Below are positions 20,152 through 28,600 of a stretch of DNA of 55,521 nucleotides, one piece after another. Source of the DNA: Candidatus Velthaea sp. (GTDB lineage: Bacteria > Vulcanimicrobiota > Vulcanimicrobiia > Vulcanimicrobiales > Vulcanimicrobiaceae). Both the position numbers and the translations under genes were made by a program. The notes beneath the pieces are model-generated. The model saw only the letters and a program-made list of their open reading frames with translations, was not told the DNA's origin and did no database searches. The stretch is from positions 1-55,521 of the forward strand of contig JBEKHC010000022.1 in assembly GCA_050012475.1 (NCBI GenBank). Reading direction: 5' to 3'. Every line of letters starts with the position of its first letter. The first letter of the stretch is position 1.

Positions 20152-21714
20152 ATGCCGGAAGCTGCGGAGGACACGACTCGCCCCGCCGTTCTGCGCGTCG
20201 ACGGAATCAGCAAGTCGTACGGTTCGCTGCAGGTCCTGGCCAACGTCTCGTTCGACATCGGCGAGCGCCGCGTTCACGCGCTGGTGGGCGAAAACGGTGC
20301 GGGAAAGTCGACGCTGGTGAAGATCATCACCGGCATCGTCACCGCGGATACCGGACAGATTCAGTTGGCGGGCCGCCCGGCGGTCTTCGAGACGCCGCTC
20401 GAAGCCCGCGCGGCCGGCATCGCCGCCGTCTATCAGGATCCCAAGCTCTTCCCGCATTTGGACATCGCGGAGAACGCGTTCGTCGGCAACTATCCGCGCA
20501 CGTCATGGGGCGGCGTCGATCGGCGAACGATGTACGACCGGGCGGCGGAAGCCTTTGTGCAGCTCGGGGTCACGCTCGACCCGCGGGCGCTCGTTGGTTC
20601 GCTGTCGACCGCCGAATTGCAGTTCGTCGAGATCGCGCGTTCGCTGTCGACCGCCGTCAAGCTCCTCATTCTCGATGAGCCGACGTCGCCGCTGACGCCC
20701 GCCGAAGCCGAGCGGCTGTTCGACATCATGCGCCGGCTGCGTGGCAGCGGGACATCGGTGCTGTTCATCACCCATCGGCTCGAAGAGGTCGAAGCCATCG
20801 CCGACGACGTGACGGTTCTGCGCGACGGTGCGCACATCGCCACGCGCCCGATCGCGGAGATGAACCGTGCCAAGATGGTGAATCTGATGGTGGGCCGCGA
20901 GCTCTCCCAGTTGTTCACCCGCCGCCGCGACATTCCGCACGGCGGCGAAGTCTTGCGGGTCGAAGGACTCGCTCGTCGCGGCACGTTCGCCGATGTCGGC
21001 TTTAGTTTGCGCGCCGGTGAAATCGTGGGCATGGCCGGCCTCGTCGGCGCGGGCCGGTCTGAAATCGCGCAAGCGCTCTTTGGGATGACACCGCCCGACG
21101 GCGGCAGCGTCGTTCTTCGCGGCCAGGCGATACAGCCGAAGAGTCCGCAGCAGATGCTCGCTCACGGCGTGGCGTACCTGTCCGAAGACCGCGATGGTCA
21201 GGGACTGATCATGAGCGAAAGCGTCGTCGAAAACGTGACGCTGCCGATCCTCGACCGGCTCGCACGCCTGGGCGTGATCGATCAGCGCCGCTGCCGAGAC
21301 GTCGCCGACGACGCGGTGCGCACCTACGACATCCGAACGCAGGGCATCGACAAAGTCGTCGGTCAGCTCTCCGGCGGAAACCGTCAGAAAGTCGCGCTGG
21401 CACGTTGGCTTGCCACCGATCCGGTGGTCCTCATCTTGGACGAGCCAACCCACGGCGTCGATGTCGGAAGCAAGTCGCAGATCCATGAAATCATCGTTGC
21501 GCTGGCCGCGAAGGGACTGGCCATCTTGATGATCTCCTCCGACTTGCCGGAGGTCATCGCGATGAGCGATCGCATCCTCGTCGTGGCGGAAGGCCGCATC
21601 GTCGGCGAGTTCGACGGAGCGACGGCAACCCAAGAAGACGTGATGCATGCTGCAACGCGCAGCGTGGGAAAGACCGGGTCCGCACCTGCGCTCCCGGAGG
21701 CGGCGCGTGGCTAA
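20152..21714 (+). CDS. Sugar ABC transporter ATP-binding protein (CUT2 type, two ATPase domains)
   Basis: GENGAGKST, LILDEPT, LSGGNRQKV, DEPTHGVDVG; start at ATG 20152. Confidence 0.93.
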   Translation: MPEAAEDTTRPAVLRVDGISKSYGSLQVLANVSFDIGERRVHALVGENGAGKSTLVKIITGIVTADTGQIQLAGRPAVFETPLEARAAGIAAVYQDPKLFPHLDIAENAFVGNYPRTSWGGVDRRTMYDRAAEAFVQLGVTLDPRALVGSLSTAELQFVEIARSLSTAVKLLILDEPTSPLTPAEAERLFDIMRRLRGSGTSVLFITHRLEEVEAIADDVTVLRDGAHIATRPIAEMNRAKMVNLMVGRELSQLFTRRRDIPHGGEVLRVEGLARRGTFADVGFSLRAGEIVGMAGLVGAGRSEIAQALFGMTPPDGGSVVLRGQAIQPKSPQQMLAHGVAYLSEDRDGQGLIMSESVVENVTLPILDRLARLGVIDQRRCRDVADDAVRTYDIRTQGIDKVVGQLSGGNRQKVALARWLATDPVVLILDEPTHGVDVGSKSQIHEIIVALAAKGLAILMISSDLPEVIAMSDRILVVAEGRIVGEFDGATATQEDVMHAATRSVGKTGSAPALPEAARG

Positions 21715-22717
21715 CGCGGAGCGCCGCGACTGGATGCAAGCGTTCTTGCGTCAGCGGACCTCCGGGGTCATCGTCTCGATCGCCGTGCTGGGAGCGCTCT
21801 TCTCCGTCATCGCGCCGCATTTCGCCAATCTGCAAAATGCTGAAGTCATCGTGGCCAACGCCGCGATTCTCGCGATCGTCGCGGCCGCCCAAGGCATGGT
21901 GCTCCTCACGCGCAACCTGGACGTCTCCGTCGGCTCGATCATGGGCTTCGCCGCCTACGTCACGGCGGATTACGCGGCGCACCATCCGCACGTCGGCGCG
22001 CTCGTCGCCCTCATCGCGATCGCGATCGGCGGCGCGCTTGGCGCCATCAACGGCCTCATCGTCGCCTACGGGCAGGTCTCGCCGTTGATCGCGACGCTCG
22101 GCACGATGTCGCTGTATCGCGGCGCAACGTATATCTACGCTCACGGGCAAGAGGTCACCGCCAGCAGCCTTCCAAGCTGGGTGCTCGCCGCGGTTGACCT
22201 GCGCATCGCCGGCATTCCGCTGCTGGTGATGGTGTCCGCGCTCGTCGTGATCGTTACCGCCGCGTTCTTGCGTTTCTTTCCGCTCGGACGGCGCATCTAT
22301 GCGATCGGCTCCAATCCGGAGGCGAGCGTGTTCTGCGGTCTGCGCACCGAGCGCGTCACGCTCTTCGCGTTCGCACTCAGCGGCATGATGTGCGGCTTCG
22401 CGGGGCTGCTCTATGCCGGGCGCGTCGGCACGGTGACGGTCATTCTCGCCTCGGGGTGGGAACTCACGTCGCTGGCGGCGGCGGTGCTGGGCGGGATCAG
22501 CGTCGCGGGCGGCTCGGGTTCGGTGATCGGAGCGGCGCTCGGTGCGGTGCTCTTATCGATGATCGACAACGGGCTTGTGCTGCTCCACATCCCGGAGTTC
22601 TGGCGCATGTTCGTGCAAGGGACCGCGATCGTTTTGGCGGTTACCGCGGATGCCGCGTTCAGCAATCAGGCGCGACGCTCGCTGCGCGCACTGCGCTTCG
22701 AGGGCAAGTTGGCATGA
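21707..22717 (+). CDS. Sugar ABC transporter permease
   Basis: Hydrophobic; LDVSVGS, PLIATLG, ELTSLAAAVLGGISVAGGSG. Confidence 0.9.
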   Translation: MANAERRDWMQAFLRQRTSGVIVSIAVLGALFSVIAPHFANLQNAEVIVANAAILAIVAAAQGMVLLTRNLDVSVGSIMGFAAYVTADYAAHHPHVGALVALIAIAIGGALGAINGLIVAYGQVSPLIATLGTMSLYRGATYIYAHGQEVTASSLPSWVLAAVDLRIAGIPLLVMVSALVVIVTAAFLRFFPLGRRIYAIGSNPEASVFCGLRTERVTLFAFALSGMMCGFAGLLYAGRVGTVTVILASGWELTSLAAAVLGGISVAGGSGSVIGAALGAVLLSMIDNGLVLLHIPEFWRMFVQGTAIVLAVTADAAFSNQARRSLRALRFEGKLA

Positions 22718-23730
22718 CGGCGATGCGCGCTCGATGGCCGGGGCGGCGGCTGACGGCGTGGGAAGCGACGCTCGTCGTGCTCATTCTGTTGGCCGCGGCG
22801 TGGTCGGCGCGGCTGTCGCCCTACTACCTCGCGCTCGACCAGATTTTGGAATCGACCCGCCAGTTCATCATTCCCGGTCTGCTCGCACTTGGATTGACGA
22901 TCGTCGTGCTGACCGGCGAAATCGACATTTCCCTCGCTTCCACCTTGGCCGTCGGGGCCGTTCTTTTCGCCCGCCTCTCGGCGCATGGTCTGCCCCTCGC
23001 CGGCGCGATTCCGATCGTGATCGCGTGCTGCGCGGCGCTCGGCGCGCTCAACGGCTTTTTGGTTGCGCGCCTTGGGCTGCCGTCACTTGCAGTAACGCTC
23101 GGGACGATGGGCGCATACCGCGGGCTGGCGTTCATCATCGGTTCGGAGACCGGCTACACCGATTTTGACGACAGTTACCGCTTCGTGGGATCCGCCGACT
23201 TGTCGGGCATCGTTCCGGTATCGCTCGTCGTCTTCGCTGTCATCGCCGCCGCCATGGCGTTTCTCATTCACCAAACCGTTTTTGGCCGGCGCTGTTTTGC
23301 GGTCGGCCGCAACAAAGAAGCCGCGCTGATCGCCGGCATCGACGTCACCCGGCTCAAGATCGCCACGTACGCGATTGCCGGCGCGCTCGCCGCGGTCGCC
23401 GGACTGGTGTGGATCGGGCAGTATGGTTCGGCCCGCGGAGACAACGCCGACGGCGCCATCCTGTTCGTCGTGACTGCGGTCGTTCTCGGCGGCGTCGACA
23501 TCAACGGCGGCCGCGGTTCGGTGCTTGGCGTCGTTCTGGCACTGATGCTGCTCGGAACGCTGCGCAACGGAATGGGTTTGGCAAACATCGGCGGCCCGGT
23601 GCAGACGGTGGTGTTCGGCGCGCTGCTCACGTTAGGCGTTTTGCGGCCCGTCGCATCGCGCGCCGTTGCATTCTTACGCTCGTCCTTCACCGGGCCCAAA
23701 ACTACGTCCAAACCGCAACTCGGAGTTTAA
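22714..23730 (+). CDS. Sugar ABC transporter permease
   Basis: GEIDISLAS, LPSLAVTLG, AVVLGGVDINGGRG; ATGA overlap. Confidence 0.9.
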   Translation: MTAMRARWPGRRLTAWEATLVVLILLAAAWSARLSPYYLALDQILESTRQFIIPGLLALGLTIVVLTGEIDISLASTLAVGAVLFARLSAHGLPLAGAIPIVIACCAALGALNGFLVARLGLPSLAVTLGTMGAYRGLAFIIGSETGYTDFDDSYRFVGSADLSGIVPVSLVVFAVIAAAMAFLIHQTVFGRRCFAVGRNKEAALIAGIDVTRLKIATYAIAGALAAVAGLVWIGQYGSARGDNADGAILFVVTAVVLGGVDINGGRGSVLGVVLALMLLGTLRNGMGLANIGGPVQTVVFGALLTLGVLRPVASRAVAFLRSSFTGPKTTSKPQLGV

Positions 23731-23780
23731 AGCGCAGCGTCGGCGTGCGACGCGTTCACGTCAACGAAGGAGAAGACTTG

Positions 23781-24788
23781 ATGCCTACGATGATCACCCG
23801 CCGGACAACGCTCATCGGTGCTGCTCTCACGCTGGCAGCGACGGCGCTGCCGGCAGTCGCCAAGGACAGCGGCTTTCGGCTCATGATGACACCAAAGTGG
23901 ACCGGCTTCCCCTACTTCGAGTTGGCGGCAAAAGGCGGCCGCGACGCCGCGCAAGAGCTCGGCGACACCTTCACCTACGCCGGCGCCGACCATGCCGACG
24001 TTTCGTTGCAGGTCGAAACACTCGAAAACTTCCTCACCCAAAAGCCCGACGCGATCATCCTCGCCGCGATCGATCTCAATGCCGTGGCGCCCGTTCTGCA
24101 GCGCGCGCGCAGTCGCGGGATCGTGGTCACGACGTTCGACGCCGACGCCGCCCTGCCGGCCCGCGACATTTTCTGCAATCAACTCTCGTACGACAAGGCG
24201 GCGCGCACGATGCTCGACTGCGCCTTGCTCGATGCTCCGCAGGGCGGTGAAATCGCCTTCATCGCTGCTTCACCGACCTCGCCCAACCACGTCGCCCACA
24301 TGCGCATCATGACCAAGCTCACCGAGACCGAGGACAAATACGAGGTCTTCAAAGTCGTCGACACCCAGTATGCGCAGGACGATGACTCCAAGAGTTACGA
24401 CGTCGCCAATAACCTCATGCAGGCGCATCCCAACCTCAAAGTCATCATTTCATCGTCTGCCGTGAGCGCTCCGGCGGCGGCGCGCGCCATCGACGCCAGC
24501 GGACGCGCCGGAAAAGTCTTCGCGACGGGCTTCGCGCTGCCGTCCGCGATCAAAACCTATCTCAACGACGGGTCCGAGAAAGCCTTCGCGCTGTGGAGTC
24601 CGTACGAGCTCGGCTACCTCGCAACGTATGTCACCCATCTGAAGCTGGCCGGAAAGCTCGAGGTCAAACCCGGCGTGACGTTCACGGCGGGTAAGGTCGG
24701 GAGCTATACGATCGGACAGAACGGCGAGATCGACTATAATAAAGCCCTGATCTTCACCAAAGAGAACGTCGACAAGGCGGGCTTCTGA
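23781..24788 (+). CDS. Sugar ABC substrate-binding protein (RhaS/LsrB-like), possible Tat signal
   Basis: RBS AAGGAG; ITRRTTLIGAA signal; PKWTGFPYF, ALWSPYELGY, FTKENVD. Confidence 0.88.
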   Translation: MPTMITRRTTLIGAALTLAATALPAVAKDSGFRLMMTPKWTGFPYFELAAKGGRDAAQELGDTFTYAGADHADVSLQVETLENFLTQKPDAIILAAIDLNAVAPVLQRARSRGIVVTTFDADAALPARDIFCNQLSYDKAARTMLDCALLDAPQGGEIAFIAASPTSPNHVAHMRIMTKLTETEDKYEVFKVVDTQYAQDDDSKSYDVANNLMQAHPNLKVIISSSAVSAPAAARAIDASGRAGKVFATGFALPSAIKTYLNDGSEKAFALWSPYELGYLATYVTHLKLAGKLEVKPGVTFTAGKVGSYTIGQNGEIDYNKALIFTKENVDKAGF

Positions 24789-24869
24789 GACGCGGCCACT
24801 CCGTTCCGGGAGTTTGGGGTTTTCGGCAGTCTCGCGGACGCAGCGCACGCACGGCTCTCCGCAAGGCTA

Positions 24870-25129
24870 TCGGACCGTTGGTCGAATGCGTCCAGCAGCG
24901 TCACGCGCCCGTTCGCGCCGATCAGCGGAGCCGCGGCATCGACTTCGACCATGGGCAGCCGCCTCCGAGCTGCCGCGATCGCGTCGCCTTCGCGAGTATG
25001 CGCCTTCTCAATGATTCGAAGAGCATCGATCTGCCGTTGCCAAACGTCCCGGTCGACGACCTCGGGCATCGCTGCGGCGCCTTCATCAGCCGCCGCCTGA
25101 TCGTTTGTTCCGACTTTGTGCGTGGTCAT
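24870..25129 (-). pseudogene. Truncated DUF899-family gene
   Basis: PEVVDRDVW..EKAHTREGDAIAAARRRLPMVEV..VTLLDAF matches the DUF899 N-terminus. Similarity ends after ~85 codons and the frame runs into the convergent gene. Confidence 0.7.
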
Positions 25130-25230
25130 GACTCTCTTTGAAAGTGAGCGGTAGTGAGTGAGATGTGAACGACTTGTCCGCGAGCCTTGCGGTCGCGGTA
25201 CTCGGCGAGATCGTACGCGGGTCTTGGCAT
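25126..25230 (-). CDS. Small ORF, 34 aa (MPRPAYDLAEYRDRKARGQVVHISLTTAHFQRES)
   Basis: AAGGAG RBS 7 nt upstream; its TGA overlaps the ATG of the DUF899 fragment. Confidence 0.35.
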   Translation of the reverse strand: MPRPAYDLAEYRDRKARGQVVHISLTTAHFQRES

Positions 25231-25340
25231 GAATCGACTCCTTGCTCGGTGTGGCCGTGAAGCAAGCTTAGAGCGTCATCTTTATCTTAAAGTCGCTATG
25301 CCCAAGATGATCGGCGCTCGAGGGCGATCAAGAAGCGATA

Positions 25341-28300
25341 TCAGAGAGCAGCTCGCTCCACAGATAGTAACGGCAAAGAGACCGCAGCTAGTCTGCCGGC
25401 TTCCGGCTGCGGCAAGCCACCGAGCTTGGCGGCCCATCCGCGCAGTGCGTGGTGCAAATGCGCTTCCAACCGTGCCTCGCTCTCGAAAGGGACGCCCGCG
25501 CGATTGAAGTGCAAATGCAGCAAGATGCCGAGAATGTGACCGGCCGGCCGATCGAGCGCACCAGCTGCGTCGAGCGCGGCCAAATCCGACACGGCACGCA
25601 GCTCGGCGGCGGTTGCGTCGGTACCGGTTTCTTCAAGCCACCCGCAGATGCGGCGCACGAAGCCGTAGTCGATCGCGCCGACGTTGCGCCGTCGCCGCGC
25701 GCCGGCCTCGAGCCACGGCGCCAGATCGAACGTCGCGAACCACGCGCGGAGCAGCGGCACGCTCGAACGCAGCGCCGTAACCGCAGACGGGTCGCCGCTG
25801 CGCCGGGCGAGCGCTTCGAGCGTGCGCGCGCTGTCGGCGCAAACGAACTGCTCGATCGGCTCGAGCGCGGCGTCGCCGCCGAATCGTTCCGGCTCCGGTC
25901 GATACGTGTCGAAGCCGTATCGCTCGAGCCGGGCGCTATGCAGCAGCGGTTCGAGAATCTCCATGACGCGCGCCACGATCGGCGCGCCGCTTCCGCCGGC
26001 GGCGTGCAGCCGCAAACGCAGATGGTGCTGCGGATCGCGGTAACGTACGAAAAACCAGCGGTCGACGGCGTCTCCGCAAGCGTCGACGATCGACGGGATG
26101 ACGTCGCGAACGAGCGCGTCGAGCTCGTTCGCACATGCGTACAGCTTGACGTACACCCAGGCGCTGGCCGGTCCCAGCCCGCGCACGGGCGCGCCACGCA
26201 ACCGCGCCGGAGGACGAGCGGAACTCTCCGGCAACGTGCTGCCAGCAAAGGTCGCGACGAATTCGTGCGTAACCGAAGCGCCATCGCGTTGCAGCCAAAG
26301 CTCGTCGAAGCTCGGCAGCATCTCCTCGAAACACAGGCGCTCGCCGAGCACTTTCGGCAGCTGATCCCACAGCAGTTCGCGCGCGACCGGCGAGTCGAGA
26401 TCGATGAGCAATTTAACGTCGCGCTCGACGAGATACACCCAACGCGGAAGCCGCCAGGTCGTGTGCCAGCGTGCAAGCGCCGTTTCCCGCTGCGCGAGGT
26501 CGCCGCTCAATTCTTCACGCGGAATGAGCCAGCGTGCGACGCCGAGCACGACGCGACCGTAGCGCAGCCGCGGCAGAAACGGCAGCGTTCCCGCCGCCCG
26601 TCCCCAATCGAAAGGTTGCGGCGTTCGCTTGCGCGCGTTGGCCAACTCGGCGAGAAAGCGCATGTGCGGCGGCGCGAAGTACCCGGTTTCGAGCAGATAG
26701 CTTTCGTCGATCTCGATCCGCCGGCCCAGCGACGTCGCGTAGGCGACGAACGCTCCGTCCTCGAACGCGATGAGAATGTCGGCTGGGCTGATGCGGGTTA
26801 CGCCGGCTGCAGGCCGCGTTGCCGCGTCGCCGATCGCGTAGCGGTGCACCGGGCGGCGTGCGATGATGTTGCCGCCGCGCAGCTCGAGCGGAATGTAGTC
26901 GAGATCGGCGACCACGGCATCCGGCGCGGCTTGAACGCAGCGTGCGTTCGCGGCCCGTTTCTCGAAGTCCGCACCCAGCATGCCGCCTAGCCGGACGGCT
27001 GATTTGGCGACGCCGTTGGAGTTCGCGCCGGCCGTGGGCACGATGAGATAGTCGCCGGCGTCGATCGCGGCGCGATCGCGTGCGCACAGGGTGAAGCCGA
27101 TCTCGCACGTCTGTCCGATGCCGCTTGCGCGCAGGCCGGGGAAAAGCCGGTCGAAGCCGCGATCGTCCAGCGCAACTTCCTGCGCTCCGTCGCGCAGCGC
27201 GCCCGCCGCGAGATCGGCCAGCACTGCTTCGCGCGCGGGCGAAGGCGATTCGCGGGGCCGCCCCGGCGTCAGCACGAAATCGTCGTGCACGAGCTGCAGC
27301 AGCGGGATCGCGCGGTCAAGGCTTTCGTAGCGGTCGATGAACGCATCGATATACGCCTCGACGCGCGTCGACTTGCCGTCGGCGAGCATGATCTTGGCCA
27401 GTGTCCGCGCATCGGCGACGACGTTCGCGCCCAAGCCGCCGCCAAACTCGCACGCTAAGTCGACGGCGAACGCGTTGCCGCCGATCGGACACCAGGCTTG
27501 AAGGGCGCGATCGACAGCGTCGATGCGCTGCGACGTGAGCTCAAGCGTGCCGCCCGACTCGAGCGCCTGCAGTTCGGCGCGCAGTTCGCCCAGCCGGTCG
27601 GCAGCGGGATGTTCTTCGAATAAGGCGAGCAGCGATGCGAACGCGTCGCCGGCCAGCGACGGTTGCACCGGGGCGAGCACGCCGGCGTCGAGCAAGGCGC
27701 GCACGAGTCCCAGCGCTCTCTCGGTGCTCGAACCAAAGCGCGCTGCGGCGCGTTCGACCAAATCGTCGACCCGAACGGGCTCGGCGGCCGCCGTTCGCAA
27801 CCACCGCACCGCGGCGTTTTGCCGAAGATGAACCGTATCGTACCGCCACACCGGCAGTTCGCCGTCGCCGCTCGTCCGGCTGATGCGCGTAGCGTCGAAG
27901 ACGTACAATTCGTCGCCCCGCTCGATCGCAAGATCGTTGGCGACGATGCGGGCGCCCCCGAAATGGCGTCGATCTCGCAGCAGCGCCGCGGCGGTTGCAG
28001 CCAGCCAACGCGCGTCCGGCCGCACCGCCGGGCGCGGCTCTTGCGTGGTGTCGACGGCGAAGTCGGTGTGTTCGCCTGCCGCGACAGCCCCGCTCGCCGC
28101 GAACAAACCGAACGGCGTGCAGCGGGTGGCCATCCGCACAACGTAGCCGAGCGCCCGCAAGGGAGCATGCTTGTTGCGCGGCCGGCCGCCGCCCGCCCAG
28201 GTCGTGAGCGCTGCCGCCAATGTCGGCGACGCCAGCCGGATGGCCGAGCGCAGTGCGACGTTCGTGTTCAAAAGTTCGCGTAGCGACTCGTACGGCGCGG

Positions 28301-28403
28301 GCGACTCGTAGAGCGCGCGCACGACGTTCGCCTCGAGCGACGGCACGCGGCCGACGATCGGGATGTCGTCGCGCGCGCCCCGCGCGCGGCCCGTGTCTTC
28401 CAT
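25341..28403 (-). CDS. lanB: Full-length LanB (glutamyl-tRNA-dependent) dehydratase with fused glutamylation and elimination domains
   Basis: YVVRMATRCTPFGLFA, RPD, PFDWG..LPFLPRLRYG, LPRWV; elimination domain WVYVKLY, WFFVRYRDPQHHLRLR, YRPEPERFGG, HLHFNR; 1020 aa. Confidence 0.92.
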   Translation of the reverse strand: MEDTGRARGARDDIPIVGRVPSLEANVVRALYESPAPYESLRELLNTNVALRSAIRLASPTLAAALTTWAGGGRPRNKHAPLRALGYVVRMATRCTPFGLFAASGAVAAGEHTDFAVDTTQEPRPAVRPDARWLAATAAALLRDRRHFGGARIVANDLAIERGDELYVFDATRISRTSGDGELPVWRYDTVHLRQNAAVRWLRTAAAEPVRVDDLVERAAARFGSSTERALGLVRALLDAGVLAPVQPSLAGDAFASLLALFEEHPAADRLGELRAELQALESGGTLELTSQRIDAVDRALQAWCPIGGNAFAVDLACEFGGGLGANVVADARTLAKIMLADGKSTRVEAYIDAFIDRYESLDRAIPLLQLVHDDFVLTPGRPRESPSPAREAVLADLAAGALRDGAQEVALDDRGFDRLFPGLRASGIGQTCEIGFTLCARDRAAIDAGDYLIVPTAGANSNGVAKSAVRLGGMLGADFEKRAANARCVQAAPDAVVADLDYIPLELRGGNIIARRPVHRYAIGDAATRPAAGVTRISPADILIAFEDGAFVAYATSLGRRIEIDESYLLETGYFAPPHMRFLAELANARKRTPQPFDWGRAAGTLPFLPRLRYGRVVLGVARWLIPREELSGDLAQRETALARWHTTWRLPRWVYLVERDVKLLIDLDSPVARELLWDQLPKVLGERLCFEEMLPSFDELWLQRDGASVTHEFVATFAGSTLPESSARPPARLRGAPVRGLGPASAWVYVKLYACANELDALVRDVIPSIVDACGDAVDRWFFVRYRDPQHHLRLRLHAAGGSGAPIVARVMEILEPLLHSARLERYGFDTYRPEPERFGGDAALEPIEQFVCADSARTLEALARRSGDPSAVTALRSSVPLLRAWFATFDLAPWLEAGARRRRNVGAIDYGFVRRICGWLEETGTDATAAELRAVSDLAALDAAGALDRPAGHILGILLHLHFNRAGVPFESEARLEAHLHHALRGWAAKLGGLPQPEAGRLAAVSLPLLSVERAAL

Positions 28404-28600
28404 GGCGGAGACGATACGATGTTGGACGGCGTGCGGTCCACCACCCGAACGAGGTTAGTCATCAGGTGAGAGCGGAGTCGCGACCGAGTAGTCGGGACAC
28501 TTTTGGGACGCCCGTCGCGCTACGCTCACGGGACGGCGTTCTCCCGCAGGCACATCCGCATCGGGACGGCGGCGGGGAGAACAAGCATGGGTGGACCAGC

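Noticed and set aside
19657..23780. Long N-terminal extensions of the ABC genes in the ORF track (19657, 21647, 22390, 23409)
   Set aside because: They overlap upstream genes in GC-rich open frames. Downstream starts with RBS or stop-start overlaps fit better.
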